The translations under genes were made by a program, and so were the position numbers. Below are positions 1 through 10,092 of a stretch of 64,000 bases of DNA, in pieces (within the stretch, counting starts at the first letter, position 1; each line of letters opens with the position of its first letter). The stretch lies in the IMG/VR virus record IMGVR_UViG_3300044618_000993, positions 2,940-66,939 of that record; one strand, given 5' to 3'. The notes under the pieces were generated by a model, which was not told the DNA's origin, searched no databases, and worked only from the letters and a program-made list of their open reading frames with translations. The DNA is from a virus.

Positions 1-39
1 AAGAACCAGAACCATTTAAGCCACAAAAGATAAAATAAC

Positions 40-534
40 ATGGACAAAGTTACAATAGACAGGATATCTAACTTACACCCAAAACTAAAAAACGAAGCAT
101 TAGAAATTTACAAAGAAATATGTGAAGCCCTAACAGGCAGAGCATTGTGTAGATTTGCATTTACTCTAAGAACAATAGAGGAGCAGGATGAGTTGTACGC
201 TAAGGGTAGAACAAAGCCTGGCAAGATAGTTACTAATGCCAAAGGCGGTCAGTCTATGCATAACTATGGATTAGCAATTGATATTGTGTTATTAGTCGAC
301 AAAGATAAGAACGGATCATACGAATCAGCCTCATGGGAAACCAATGTTGACTTTGATGGTGACGGCAAGTCTGATTGGATGGAAGTTGTAAAAATATTTA
401 AACTACATGGCTGGGAATGGGGTGGTGACTGGAAGTTTACAGATATGCCACACTTCCAAAAAACATTTGGCAAGTCTGTTAAAGAGCTTCAGAAAATGCA
501 TAGATACGTAGGTACAAGTTACCCAATATTTTAA
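40..534 (+). CDS. Endolysin, M15-family (L-Ala-D-Glu type) peptidase
   Basis: R-T-x-E-E-Q-x-x-L-Y, SMHNYGLAIDI (SxHxxGxAxD) and WGGDW-x-F-x-D-x-P-H-F-Q motifs typical of Peptidase_M15 phage endolysins. Confidence 0.92.
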   Translation: MDKVTIDRISNLHPKLKNEALEIYKEICEALTGRALCRFAFTLRTIEEQDELYAKGRTKPGKIVTNAKGGQSMHNYGLAIDIVLLVDKDKNGSYESASWETNVDFDGDGKSDWMEVVKIFKLHGWEWGGDWKFTDMPHFQKTFGKSVKELQKMHRYVGTSYPIF

Positions 535-537
535 ACT

Positions 538-801
538 ATGATTAAAAAAATAATTTCATGGGCATCTAAGTTGTTCCACGATGAACACGGTGCTCCATCA
601 TCAAAAAGATTTGCAGGCATATTGTGTACACTTACACTATGCGCAGCCACAATCATTAACTCATTCTACCCAAACATTAATCCATCGGCTACATTGGTAG
701 ATGCGATTACACTTATTACAGTAGGAGCCCTAGGTTTCACATCTGTTGACAAGATATGGGGCAAACCTAAAACTACAAAAGAAGATGGCCAAAACGAGTA
801 A
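538..801 (+). CDS. Putative holin (2 TM)
   Basis: 87 aa, SSKRF followed by two hydrophobic segments, charged C-terminus; directly after the endolysin. Confidence 0.65.
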   Translation: MIKKIISWASKLFHDEHGAPSSKRFAGILCTLTLCAATIINSFYPNINPSATLVDAITLITVGALGFTSVDKIWGKPKTTKEDGQNE

Positions 802-1780
802 AAAAGGTGAAATAGCTAGAGAGTATCTAGCTCAATACCCATCCTCATCAATCAGAACATTAGCTCAATTGTTGATGGAGCATTATCCAACACTGTTTAC
901 AAACTATAATGCAGCTAGGACATTATTAAGTCAGCATTCAGGAAGGTGGTCAAAAATTAAAAACCCGATTAAAACCGAAAGAGTTCAATCTCGTGAAAAT
1001 CCATTTGGACTACCTGAGTCAAAAGCAAACGTTAGAAAGTTTGTAAAGCTAGAGGGAGCTACAAGAGTATTGTGGTTAAGTGACATTCACTTCCCTAACC
1101 AAGACAATGATGCCTTGACAGCTGCACTTCAATTTGGGCTAGACAATAAAGTTGATTGCATTGTATTAGGAGGAGATATACTTGATAATGAGCCATTTAC
1201 ATCTCATGATGCACCACCACCATTGTATTCTGAGGTTAGAGAGTGGTTTGAAATGGTTGACAATTTTTTGGATATGCTTAACGAAAGATTTAAGTGTGCG
1301 ATTCATTGGATCGAAGGTAACCACGACAATTGGTACAAAAGATATTTAATGAAAAAAGCTCCAGCTCTATTCCATGACGAGTATTACACACTGTCATCTA
1401 GACTAAAGTTAAGAGAAAAGAAAATTGTTTGGCACGATCAAAATGTGATCTTGATGGCTGGTAAATTACCGATGACCCATGGGCATATGGTTGTTAGAGG
1501 TGCATTTTCTCCAGTTAATCCAGCTAGAGGCGTGTTTACAAGACTTAAAGGCCCTATGCTAATAGGTCACTGTCACCAAACGTCTGAACACTCTGAGAGC
1601 ACACTAGAAAACGCAATTATCACAACGTATTCAACTGGTTGTCTTTGTACGCTAGCCCCAGACTACGATCCGTTCTGCGTAAAACATAACCAAGGTTTTG
1701 CTATGATTGAAATCCAAGAGAACGGTAACTACAAGGTACACAACAGAAGAATTGATTATTTTACAAAGGAGATATACTAA
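785..1780 (+). CDS. Calcineurin-like metallophosphoesterase with N-terminal helical/HTH-like region
   Basis: SDIH, GGDILD, EGNHD, THGH and IGHCH motifs; ATG at 785 (MAKTSKK) preferred over the TTG start at 746. Confidence 0.88.
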   Translation: MAKTSKKGEIAREYLAQYPSSSIRTLAQLLMEHYPTLFTNYNAARTLLSQHSGRWSKIKNPIKTERVQSRENPFGLPESKANVRKFVKLEGATRVLWLSDIHFPNQDNDALTAALQFGLDNKVDCIVLGGDILDNEPFTSHDAPPPLYSEVREWFEMVDNFLDMLNERFKCAIHWIEGNHDNWYKRYLMKKAPALFHDEYYTLSSRLKLREKKIVWHDQNVILMAGKLPMTHGHMVVRGAFSPVNPARGVFTRLKGPMLIGHCHQTSEHSESTLENAIITTYSTGCLCTLAPDYDPFCVKHNQGFAMIEIQENGNYKVHNRRIDYFTKEIY

Positions 1781-2208
1781 TGAGATATTTAATTGTTATT
1801 TTATTGTTGATAACTAGTTGTCAAGCTCTTAAAGATAAGAGAGCCAACAACAAAATGAACTGGTTAATAAAGAACCATTACCTTGGAGACACCACCCGTT
1901 GGGTGCACGATACAATCCAAGGCTTTAAAATAGATACAGTTTTTAAGGGTGATACCCTCAAAGAAATTGACACATTTACAATTGTTAAGGACGGAATTAA
2001 AACTGTCTCAGTTGTCAAGTGGAAAGAAAAAATTTTAGAACAAACCTTGGTAAAAACCGACACAATTATCTCGATAAAGGTAAAAGAAAAGGTTCTGTAT
2101 CAGACCGAAAAAAAGAAATGGTGGGATAGATATTGGGCAGGATTTGCGTTTGGAGTTGCCTTGATGATTTTACTTATCTTCTCAATATCGAGAATAGCCA
2201 AAAGCTGA
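1780..2208 (+). CDS. Putative unimolecular spanin (lipoprotein with C-terminal TM)
   Basis: Signal peptide with lipobox LLITSC, beta-rich middle, C-terminal TM (YWAGFAFGVALMILLIFSI); in the lysis cassette. Confidence 0.7.
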   Translation: MRYLIVILLLITSCQALKDKRANNKMNWLIKNHYLGDTTRWVHDTIQGFKIDTVFKGDTLKEIDTFTIVKDGIKTVSVVKWKEKILEQTLVKTDTIISIKVKEKVLYQTEKKKWWDRYWAGFAFGVALMILLIFSISRIAKS

Positions 2209-2243
2209 AAGTAATTTATCAAACAACATATCCTTAAAAATGC

Positions 2244-2251
2244 TAAATTTG
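2244..2251 (+). promoter_or_regulatory. Bacteroidota -7 promoter element TAAATTTG for the tail operon
   Basis: Matches TAnnTTTG; intergenic, 20 nt before ATG 2271. Confidence 0.65.
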
Positions 2252-2270
2252 TTCCCAATAAACAAATACC

Positions 2271-4472
2271 ATGGCATTTTCTGCTTCACAATTAGCAATA
2301 GCCCTTGAGTTTAACTACACAAACGGGCCAAAAAATTTCAGATTTACAGATAGCTCAAATTATGCTACCGTAGGTGGATACACCAACGTGCTAGGTAATT
2401 TAAAGGCTGTTGATCCATCAGGACTTCAGTTCTATAACAATACTTCGTATACCACACCAAACATCAATTATAACACGTCTCATACTTCAGCGTACTTAGG
2501 CGCATTGCCTTTGAACACTGACGGAACAGTTAAGACTGGTGACTATACGTTTACATACACAGCTAAGATTTTAAATGCTCAACAATCTAATTTAATCATT
2601 TCTAACGACTCAGCTGCAAAAACATTTACAATTTCTGGTGACTATACTTCAGTTATTTTAGATCCATCAGCTGCTAGTTTTTTTTGTGTTGACACGGTTA
2701 CTACGGCATTAACAATTGTATCTGCTACTTATAGCGGTTCAACTAACTTAACGACTATAACTGTAACCCAAACTTTAGGCACATTAACTGCGTTAGCTAC
2801 ATTAACTTACACAGTTAACCAAATCTTTACAAATACATTTGTACAAAACTATAGCTACGTATCACCTACAGTTTGTTTAAACTGGGTAACAGATGAGTGT
2901 TGCTCAAGCATGACAATCACAGACGTTACAGTTTACCCAACAGGTTCAACAATAACCAGAAGCCACACTGTTAGCTACCCTGTGGGCATCACTCCTGCTA
3001 AAGCTGACATTCTTAGCCCACTACAAGAGTTAACCATTACTCCAATCTGGACTGGTACTTGGACAGACATTTTTGTTTCCGATATCACTAGCACCACTGG
3101 AATAATAACTACAATTGATGAAATTAAAGGAGTTAAAGAACACTTAGTGTCTTCAAGCGATAGCTTGTGTCAAGTATATGGTTGCTTAACAAACATGGCA
3201 ACTAAATATGCTGCTTACTTAACTACTGCTCCACAAAAAGCCCTTGAGATGTCTAAATACATTTCTCAAGCTTCAGCTGCTTACATGGCATACACAGTAG
3301 GTAAGCAATGTGGTAAACCAGACTATGAGCAATACTTAACAATTATCAGCGACATTGCAAATACTTGCGGCTGTGGCTGTGATTGTGCAGATTGTGCTGA
3401 TGGATTGCCTCAAGAAGTTGTAGGCTGCTGCCAAAACGTAGGTGGTTCAGACTACACAATCGCAATGACTTCAACCCCTAGTGGTTCAATTGCAATAAGT
3501 GCAACTACAGTTGGAACAACTACTACATTCAACATTGAAGTAAGCGGCACCTGGTTAACAACTCAAATGAATACATTCATTGGGGCAACTAGCATCAATG
3601 CATTAAGCGATGTAAACACTGGTAATATTGCTAGCGTTACAGGCCAAGTATTAATTTGGAATCAAGGTACTGGTCAATGGGAAAGAGGTACTCCTCAATT
3701 AGCTTTGGTTAACTTAACCGACGTAAATAGCACAGGCTTATCTGATCAAAAAGTATTATATTGGGATGCTGCAACATCTAAATTTAAATTTAAATTGTTA
3801 GCATCACCTTCAATTGCAACTTGCACAGATGTAACTTTAACATCTTTAACTAACGGCCAAATATTAAAATGGAATGGCACTGCTTGGATTAACGCTAATA
3901 ACTTATTCGCCTCATTAGGCGATGTAAACGTTGGAGGTGTTGTTAACGGTCAATCAGTGAAATGGGATAGCGGCACATCTAAATGGATTGTATACACTCC
4001 ACCTACAACATTGGCTGCATTAAGCGATGTATCAATTTCTGGTTTAGCCAATGGTGACAGATTGCAGTATGTGACAGGTACAGGTTGGAAGAATGTTGCT
4101 CAACCTTCATTTGCAGCTATACCATCTGGTAATTTTGCATCTGGTTTTGGTAATGCTGTATCTGGATTTTATCAAGCATCGTACAAATTTGATGCATTGA
4201 CAAATACAACTTATTTACGTGGTGTAGTTAGCAATTCAAATCCTGCAATAGGCACAGTTGGAGTTTTGTTGTTTACATTACCAGCTGGATATTTTCCTTC
4301 AGCTACAGTTAATTTTGTTACTACTGTAGGTATTAATAGCACAAATTATATGGCTTTTGGATCAATTAACACATTTGGTCAAGTAAGTATTTTTAGATAT
4401 TATGACTCAAATGGTGTTATTCAAGGCGGCTTACCTTTAGGTGACATTAGCATTGACGGTATATACTTTTAA
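2271..4472 (+). CDS. Virion structural protein (tail hub/fibre-anchor type) with Cys-rich motif and fibre repeats
   Basis: S/T-rich beta N-terminus, CGCGCDCADC cluster, about 5 repeats of L-x-D-V-x(5-8)-G-Q-x-L-x-W, C-terminal LFTLPAGYFP fibre-tip-like domain. Confidence 0.7.
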   Translation: MAFSASQLAIALEFNYTNGPKNFRFTDSSNYATVGGYTNVLGNLKAVDPSGLQFYNNTSYTTPNINYNTSHTSAYLGALPLNTDGTVKTGDYTFTYTAKILNAQQSNLIISNDSAAKTFTISGDYTSVILDPSAASFFCVDTVTTALTIVSATYSGSTNLTTITVTQTLGTLTALATLTYTVNQIFTNTFVQNYSYVSPTVCLNWVTDECCSSMTITDVTVYPTGSTITRSHTVSYPVGITPAKADILSPLQELTITPIWTGTWTDIFVSDITSTTGIITTIDEIKGVKEHLVSSSDSLCQVYGCLTNMATKYAAYLTTAPQKALEMSKYISQASAAYMAYTVGKQCGKPDYEQYLTIISDIANTCGCGCDCADCADGLPQEVVGCCQNVGGSDYTIAMTSTPSGSIAISATTVGTTTTFNIEVSGTWLTTQMNTFIGATSINALSDVNTGNIASVTGQVLIWNQGTGQWERGTPQLALVNLTDVNSTGLSDQKVLYWDAATSKFKFKLLASPSIATCTDVTLTSLTNGQILKWNGTAWINANNLFASLGDVNVGGVVNGQSVKWDSGTSKWIVYTPPTTLAALSDVSISGLANGDRLQYVTGTGWKNVAQPSFAAIPSGNFASGFGNAVSGFYQASYKFDALTNTTYLRGVVSNSNPAIGTVGVLLFTLPAGYFPSATVNFVTTVGINSTNYMAFGSINTFGQVSIFRYYDSNGVIQGGLPLGDISIDGIYF

Positions 4473-4475
4473 TAA

Positions 4476-5159
4476 ATGAACGTAAATCAAATAAGAGACT
4501 GGGTCAACTTTGAGCTTAACAAGCATCAATCAGGGAATACTCTAAACAAAGAGGAGTACAATCTCTGTTTGGCTTGGGCTAATGCTGAATACTTTAAAAT
4601 TAAGTATGGCTTGCCAGAGGAGTATAGACCAGGTATGCCTTTGCCTAGACAGGCATGGGCTGTGTCTCAAAAAATAATAGACGATTTGAGAAGATTCTTA
4701 GTTGGCAAGGGTGGTAAAAACTTACCTCAGTTAACCGTAGATATTAACGGCTATGCCGATCTTCCAGATGATTATATTCACTACAGCTCAATCAGATATA
4801 ATGGCAGAGCGGTAGAAACTATTAGCAATGATGTTTTGGGTGACAGACTTCAAAGCAGCATTGTGTACCCAGACAAAAGTTACCCACTGTGTGTATTTTA
4901 TGACACATACCTTCAGTTTTATCCTAAAGATTTAGGTTATGTAGACTTTGATTATTTAAGAATGCCAATCACTCCTTATTGGGATGCTGTCATTGTTGAT
5001 GATGAATATGTTTACAAGCCATCTAGTAGCGTTCAATTGGAATGGCCAGACGATACTCACACAGATATCGCTAACTTAATTATTAAATACGCAAGTGAAA
5101 ACATCAGAGACTTCGGAATGACTCAACTTGCTAAACAAAGACAAAACGACGGACAATAA
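4476..5159 (+). CDS. Putative tail ring / head-tail adaptor protein
   Basis: LPDDYIHY, DYLRMP and LEWPDDTHTDIANL pattern recalls crAss-like ring proteins; first of three similar-sized genes before the muzzle gene. Confidence 0.65.
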   Translation: MNVNQIRDWVNFELNKHQSGNTLNKEEYNLCLAWANAEYFKIKYGLPEEYRPGMPLPRQAWAVSQKIIDDLRRFLVGKGGKNLPQLTVDINGYADLPDDYIHYSSIRYNGRAVETISNDVLGDRLQSSIVYPDKSYPLCVFYDTYLQFYPKDLGYVDFDYLRMPITPYWDAVIVDDEYVYKPSSSVQLEWPDDTHTDIANLIIKYASENIRDFGMTQLAKQRQNDGQ

Positions 5160-5803
5160 TGACTAAAGCACAATGGATAGAATTGATCAAGCGTAACCTA
5201 GACGGTGGCGACGCTCCAGCTGAACTTCGTGGACGAAATCACGAAAGAGAGATTGAGCTTTACTTGACAATGGCATTTGATACTGTATTAAACAGAAAGC
5301 AAACACAAACTCAAGAGATGCTTGCTGACATGGGTAAAGACTCATGGAGATACGATTCATTAACCAAGTCATTTGTCTTAGACATCTTAGAGGATACCAC
5401 TAGAAACAGATACTACTCTACACTTCCAGTGACTGTTATGTCAATTATTAATAACAACGGTATCAGAATGATCACACCGACTCAAGACGAGGGTGTAGCA
5501 TTTTTCCCAAGATGGCAAACAGATACATTCTTAATGGATGGATTAGATGTTAACCAAATGGTTGGTCTAATTTATTATACACTAGAAGGCAAGAAGCTAT
5601 ATTACTCTGGTGACATTGATTGTCATTGGAAGCAAGTATTAGCTAAGTTGGTTTTAAAGTTCAATGAATTTGAATTAACTGACGATATAGTAGTTCCTGA
5701 TGGTAAAGAACTTGAGATAGTTCAAGTTACATTAGGATTAATGGGTGCTAAGGCTCCGATGGATATTGTTGACGACGGCACAGCAATACAAACAACTAAA
5801 TAA
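5159..5803 (+). CDS. Putative tail ring protein
   Basis: YSTLP...GIRMI pattern, 214 aa, TAATG coupling, position in the ring cluster. Confidence 0.55.
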   Translation: MTKAQWIELIKRNLDGGDAPAELRGRNHEREIELYLTMAFDTVLNRKQTQTQEMLADMGKDSWRYDSLTKSFVLDILEDTTRNRYYSTLPVTVMSIINNNGIRMITPTQDEGVAFFPRWQTDTFLMDGLDVNQMVGLIYYTLEGKKLYYSGDIDCHWKQVLAKLVLKFNEFELTDDIVVPDGKELEIVQVTLGLMGAKAPMDIVDDGTAIQTTK

Positions 5804-5808
5804 ACGAA

Positions 5809-6567
5809 ATGGCGAACCAAGTAACATCATATTTAACTCTTATACAAGTAGTTAAGGCTTTCATGAATGAAAGAGGTGAGAAGACTCTTACCAACATGGA
5901 AAAGTATATCCAAATGGCTATAGAAGGCTATAGTGATATGCAATTATTTGAAATAAACACAATTGATGTTGCGTACTTAACGGTTAACCCAGATACATTA
6001 ACAGCCGAACTGCCTACAGACTTTGTTACAATGACAAAGATAGGTGTTAAGGTTGGCGACAGAATGTGGACTCTTACAATGAATAATGATATAATTATTC
6101 CCAGACAAGAGACAATCTGCCCATTGCCAATTGAGGAGGTTAACGAACAAACAATGATTGAGGGCGGATATTTCTTTGCTCCTCACTACAGATACGGTAG
6201 ATACACAAACACTCTTTATGGTGTTGGTGGTGGTTTTAATATAGCCTACTACAGAATAGACATGAACCGTCGTGTGATTTACTTCCACGGGAATGTGCCT
6301 AACAACGAGGTTATATTAGAATACAAATCAAGCGGAGTAAAAGCTGGCGGAGCATTAGTTCCAAGAGATGCGGCTCCTGCATTAAAAGCATATCTTCATT
6401 GGAAGACGGCTGAGTATGACTTCAGAATCCCAATGAACGAGAAAATTAGAAAAGAACAATTGTACGACAAAGAGCTATACAAGTTAAAGACTATTGAGTG
6501 TTCATTCAATATCACTGAATACCTTGACAATCAATATGCTACAATGTCTCAAGCACCTAAGCGTTAA
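5809..6567 (+). CDS. Putative tail tubular/ring protein (P22 gp4-like position)
   Basis: AELPTDFV, VILEYKSSG and ALKAYLHWK motifs; immediately upstream of the stabilization protein. Confidence 0.65.
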   Translation: MANQVTSYLTLIQVVKAFMNERGEKTLTNMEKYIQMAIEGYSDMQLFEINTIDVAYLTVNPDTLTAELPTDFVTMTKIGVKVGDRMWTLTMNNDIIIPRQETICPLPIEEVNEQTMIEGGYFFAPHYRYGRYTNTLYGVGGGFNIAYYRIDMNRRVIYFHGNVPNNEVILEYKSSGVKAGGALVPRDAAPALKAYLHWKTAEYDFRIPMNEKIRKEQLYDKELYKLKTIECSFNITEYLDNQYATMSQAPKR

Positions 6568-9500
6568 TGAAAGATCTAAGAGCATTCACTGGAGGATTAG
6601 ACTACGACTCTGATTACAGATTGGTAGGACCGACGGACTACGTCGATGCAGTAAACGTAACAACTGGTACGTCTGCAAAAGGTAGTTTAAAGAATATGTT
6701 TGGAAACGTAGAGATAAACTTTACGCTTCCAGACGGTGACAATACCTGTATTGGAACTCTTAGAAACATCAAGGCAAACTCAATAATTTATTTCGTATTT
6801 AACTCTTTAAACAATCACTCTATACTAGAGTACAAATGCGATACAAAAGTTATTGAGCCAATATTAATACCAGTTGCATCTATACCTTTTACTACAGAGT
6901 TCTTAGGTTTTACAAAAGACAACAAGATACACTCTGCAAATGTTATAGATGATATATTATTATGGACGGACAACAACGTTTCTCCACGTAAAATAAATAT
7001 TAAAAGAGCTAAAGACTTCTTGGCTCAATTAACCCCAAGTGCAATTACAACTCCATACGATAATTTAATTGCAACTGGAACTACAGCAGAAAAAATTCAA
7101 TTTATTGAATCTATTAAGTACAAGCCTTTGTACACTCCTTCAATAGAATTAAAATACGACCCAACAAGAAATACAAATTACATAAAAGAAAAAATGATAC
7201 AAGTTAAGTATCGTTATATCTATGATGACAATGAGTATTCTAGATGGAGTGATGGATCATATGTATCTTTGCCATTTGGTGACGAAAACGTACTTGGTCA
7301 AATATCTACTACAATAGCAAATAATTATTTGCAAGTAGCTTTTAATACAGGGCACCCAACAGTAAAATCAATAGAGTTAGCTTTTAGATTTAGCAATACT
7401 GGAGTTTGGGCTAAAATTGATTCACCAATACAAAAATACAGCGAAACTAATCAACGTATTTTACCTGATTATTCGACTCAATATTTTAATTTTTACAACG
7501 ATATTGTATTAATTGAAGTAATTGATGATTTAAATAATTATGACGCTGTCCCTTTATTATCTAAAACTCAAGATATAATTGACGAAAACAGATTGGTTTA
7601 TGCCAATAATGTAGAGGGTTATGAAAACCCTGTATTAAACGTTAAACTTGGCGTTCAGAATACAAGGACCGATATGGGGCAAGAGGTTGTGTATCCAATT
7701 AATGCAATACCAACAGCGCCATCAGAAAATTTTTATCTTTATAATGTTGAACCTTTTACTGGATTGTTTACAGGTGCGTTTTACATTCCAAACATAAAAC
7801 CTCAATACTTTGTAGTTGGCTCTGTTATATCATTCTCAATTGATGTATATGATGGGTCTGGATATAATATCAAATATCAATACTCTTTTAATGTTACTGA
7901 TCAAAGTTTATCAAACTATCCTAGATCTCTTGCATATGATATGCAATCAACCTTAAGAAGTTTGCTTGGGTTTAACGAAGTTTACGCAGCTCCATCTACA
8001 GCTGGTGGCAATAGTTATTGGGTAGTTACTATTGGTTTATCAAACAATAATGTATACGCTAAGGTTTCAAACGGAGTTATTGTGGCTCCAATTCGTAAAA
8101 TCACCTCTTTTAAAAAGGGGGCAAATCATACATTTGGTATAGTTTATAGAGATGCTCAAGGTAGAGATGGGGGTGTTGTAACTTCGGCTGATTTAACTGT
8201 CTATAATCCATATATACCTGAAGCATTTCCATTGGCTGCGGTTAATAACCAATATGCATATAAATCACAAATAAGTTTTGAAATAAACCATCAACCGCCA
8301 GAATGGGCCACTACATATGAAATTGTTTATGCTTTAAATGATTTACAAAAATATACTCAATTCGCAATTAAAGGAAATCCAACCTTAAATTTACAAGGCA
8401 ACATTGATATTAACTGTGATTACATTATAAACTATATAACAAAGGAAAGGGTTAGCTCTTCTGTAGATTTCCAGTTTGAAGTTGGCGATAGATTAAGATT
8501 TGTTTCTAATTCAGAAAAAGTAGTTCCTTCATATATAGAAGTAAAAGTATTAGCATTTGATACTACAACAAACATCTTAACAGTCTCTCAATATAGCAGA
8601 AATTTGGTTGAGCAAGGTATGATAACTAAGACCGAAGAAGGCACCTTAGTTGAATTGTATTCTATTAAAGCCAGATCAGATGTAGACAATAAGCCATATT
8701 TTTCTATTGGTCAAATATTTAATGTCTTAAATCCTGGCACTGCTCAAAGAGCCCATCAAGGCAATTCTCAAAATCAAACAAGTACCGCCCCAGCAATAGT
8801 TGATTTAAGCCGAGGCGATTGCTATATATTTAGAAGATATTTTAAAAATAACTTAATAATCAATATGGTTGAGTCTGAAAATTTCTCAGATTTTTATGAC
8901 TCTAAAAACATAGACATCTCGTCTATTTATGGTGTAATACCAGAAGGCAAGACAAAACGATACGAGCAAGGTATAAGATACGGTGGTAGATATTACCCAA
9001 ATACCAATATTAATGATATCTTACAATTTAATGGATCCGATTATGATACATTAAACACTAGATACGGACCAATCAACAAAGTAGCTACCGTAGGTTATGT
9101 GCTAAAGGTTCTTCAAACCAAAAAGAATACTTCAATTTATATTAATAGAAGTATGATATATAATGCTAATGGTGACGAGCAGTTGACTTTAACCGACAAA
9201 GTATTGGGCAACAAAAATCCAAGTTCTTTAGACTATGGTTGTGAGCATCCAGAAAGTGTTTGTGTTGACGACAGGCAATTGTATTTTTACGATGTAAATA
9301 ACGGTGTATTTATACAAGATGCGGCTAACGGTATGGTTCCTGTTTCTGAATATAAGGCTAAAACCTATTTTAGAAATATATCTGATAAGATTAAAAACAG
9401 CCCATATGTGTATGTGTACGCAGGTGTCGATAACTTTAACAACTATATCAACGTAACATTTATTGATCACAGCGAGTCTCCGTTAATCGAAGATCAAACT

Positions 9501-10037
9501 ATAGTTTATCATCCAATTGACAATAGATGGAAGTCTAGAATGTCTTATTTCCCAGAGTATTATGGTAGTAACGCTTTAGTGTTTGTATCTTTCATGGATG
9601 GCAAGCTTTATGAGCATAATAGAGTTGATGCCCCTAGATGTAATTACTATGGCAACCAACACTCAATGAAGGTTAAGCTAGTATCCAACAAAGACTACCC
9701 TAAAGTAAAAGTATACACATCAATTGCGGTATATGCTGACAAGACATTTAGTTCTCCAGTTTTAGGAGACATCTCAATTGAACCAAGTGTTAACTACCCT
9801 AACGGTATGGAGTCTAGACTTGTAGAAGGCAAGTGGAGATGGAAGGAAGGCGTTTTGTATGCTCAGTACTTAAGAGATGGCTTAACACCTAACTTTCCTA
9901 CAGTTGACGAGGCTATCATGGGTGGTCGTAAATTAAGAGGCGAAACATTAGTTCAACAACTAGAAAACACAGATACAGATGAGGCTACATTGTACTCGGT
10001 GATTGTGCACGGTGTGGACAGTGAATTGAGCAAATAA
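6567..10037 (+). CDS. Tail stabilization / muzzle protein (P22 gp10-like, crAss-type)
   Basis: N-terminal FTGGLDYD...YVDAVN, LLWTDNNVSPRKIN, YRYIYDDNEYS, RLVYAN, FGIVYRDAQGR, C-terminal KEG...LRG; 1156 aa, beta-rich. Confidence 0.8.
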   Translation: MKDLRAFTGGLDYDSDYRLVGPTDYVDAVNVTTGTSAKGSLKNMFGNVEINFTLPDGDNTCIGTLRNIKANSIIYFVFNSLNNHSILEYKCDTKVIEPILIPVASIPFTTEFLGFTKDNKIHSANVIDDILLWTDNNVSPRKINIKRAKDFLAQLTPSAITTPYDNLIATGTTAEKIQFIESIKYKPLYTPSIELKYDPTRNTNYIKEKMIQVKYRYIYDDNEYSRWSDGSYVSLPFGDENVLGQISTTIANNYLQVAFNTGHPTVKSIELAFRFSNTGVWAKIDSPIQKYSETNQRILPDYSTQYFNFYNDIVLIEVIDDLNNYDAVPLLSKTQDIIDENRLVYANNVEGYENPVLNVKLGVQNTRTDMGQEVVYPINAIPTAPSENFYLYNVEPFTGLFTGAFYIPNIKPQYFVVGSVISFSIDVYDGSGYNIKYQYSFNVTDQSLSNYPRSLAYDMQSTLRSLLGFNEVYAAPSTAGGNSYWVVTIGLSNNNVYAKVSNGVIVAPIRKITSFKKGANHTFGIVYRDAQGRDGGVVTSADLTVYNPYIPEAFPLAAVNNQYAYKSQISFEINHQPPEWATTYEIVYALNDLQKYTQFAIKGNPTLNLQGNIDINCDYIINYITKERVSSSVDFQFEVGDRLRFVSNSEKVVPSYIEVKVLAFDTTTNILTVSQYSRNLVEQGMITKTEEGTLVELYSIKARSDVDNKPYFSIGQIFNVLNPGTAQRAHQGNSQNQTSTAPAIVDLSRGDCYIFRRYFKNNLIINMVESENFSDFYDSKNIDISSIYGVIPEGKTKRYEQGIRYGGRYYPNTNINDILQFNGSDYDTLNTRYGPINKVATVGYVLKVLQTKKNTSIYINRSMIYNANGDEQLTLTDKVLGNKNPSSLDYGCEHPESVCVDDRQLYFYDVNNGVFIQDAANGMVPVSEYKAKTYFRNISDKIKNSPYVYVYAGVDNFNNYINVTFIDHSESPLIEDQTIVYHPIDNRWKSRMSYFPEYYGSNALVFVSFMDGKLYEHNRVDAPRCNYYGNQHSMKVKLVSNKDYPKVKVYTSIAVYADKTFSSPVLGDISIEPSVNYPNGMESRLVEGKWRWKEGVLYAQYLRDGLTPNFPTVDEAIMGGRKLRGETLVQQLENTDTDEATLYSVIVHGVDSELSK

Positions 10038-10063
10038 TTTAAACAAGAGTATAATAAATTCAT

Positions 10064-10071
10064 TACTTTTG
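10064..10071 (+). promoter_or_regulatory. -7 promoter element TACTTTTG for the cargo operon
   Basis: TAnnTTTG match in intergenic DNA before ATG 10093. Confidence 0.6.
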
Positions 10072-10092
10072 TAAAATAAACGATTTATTACT

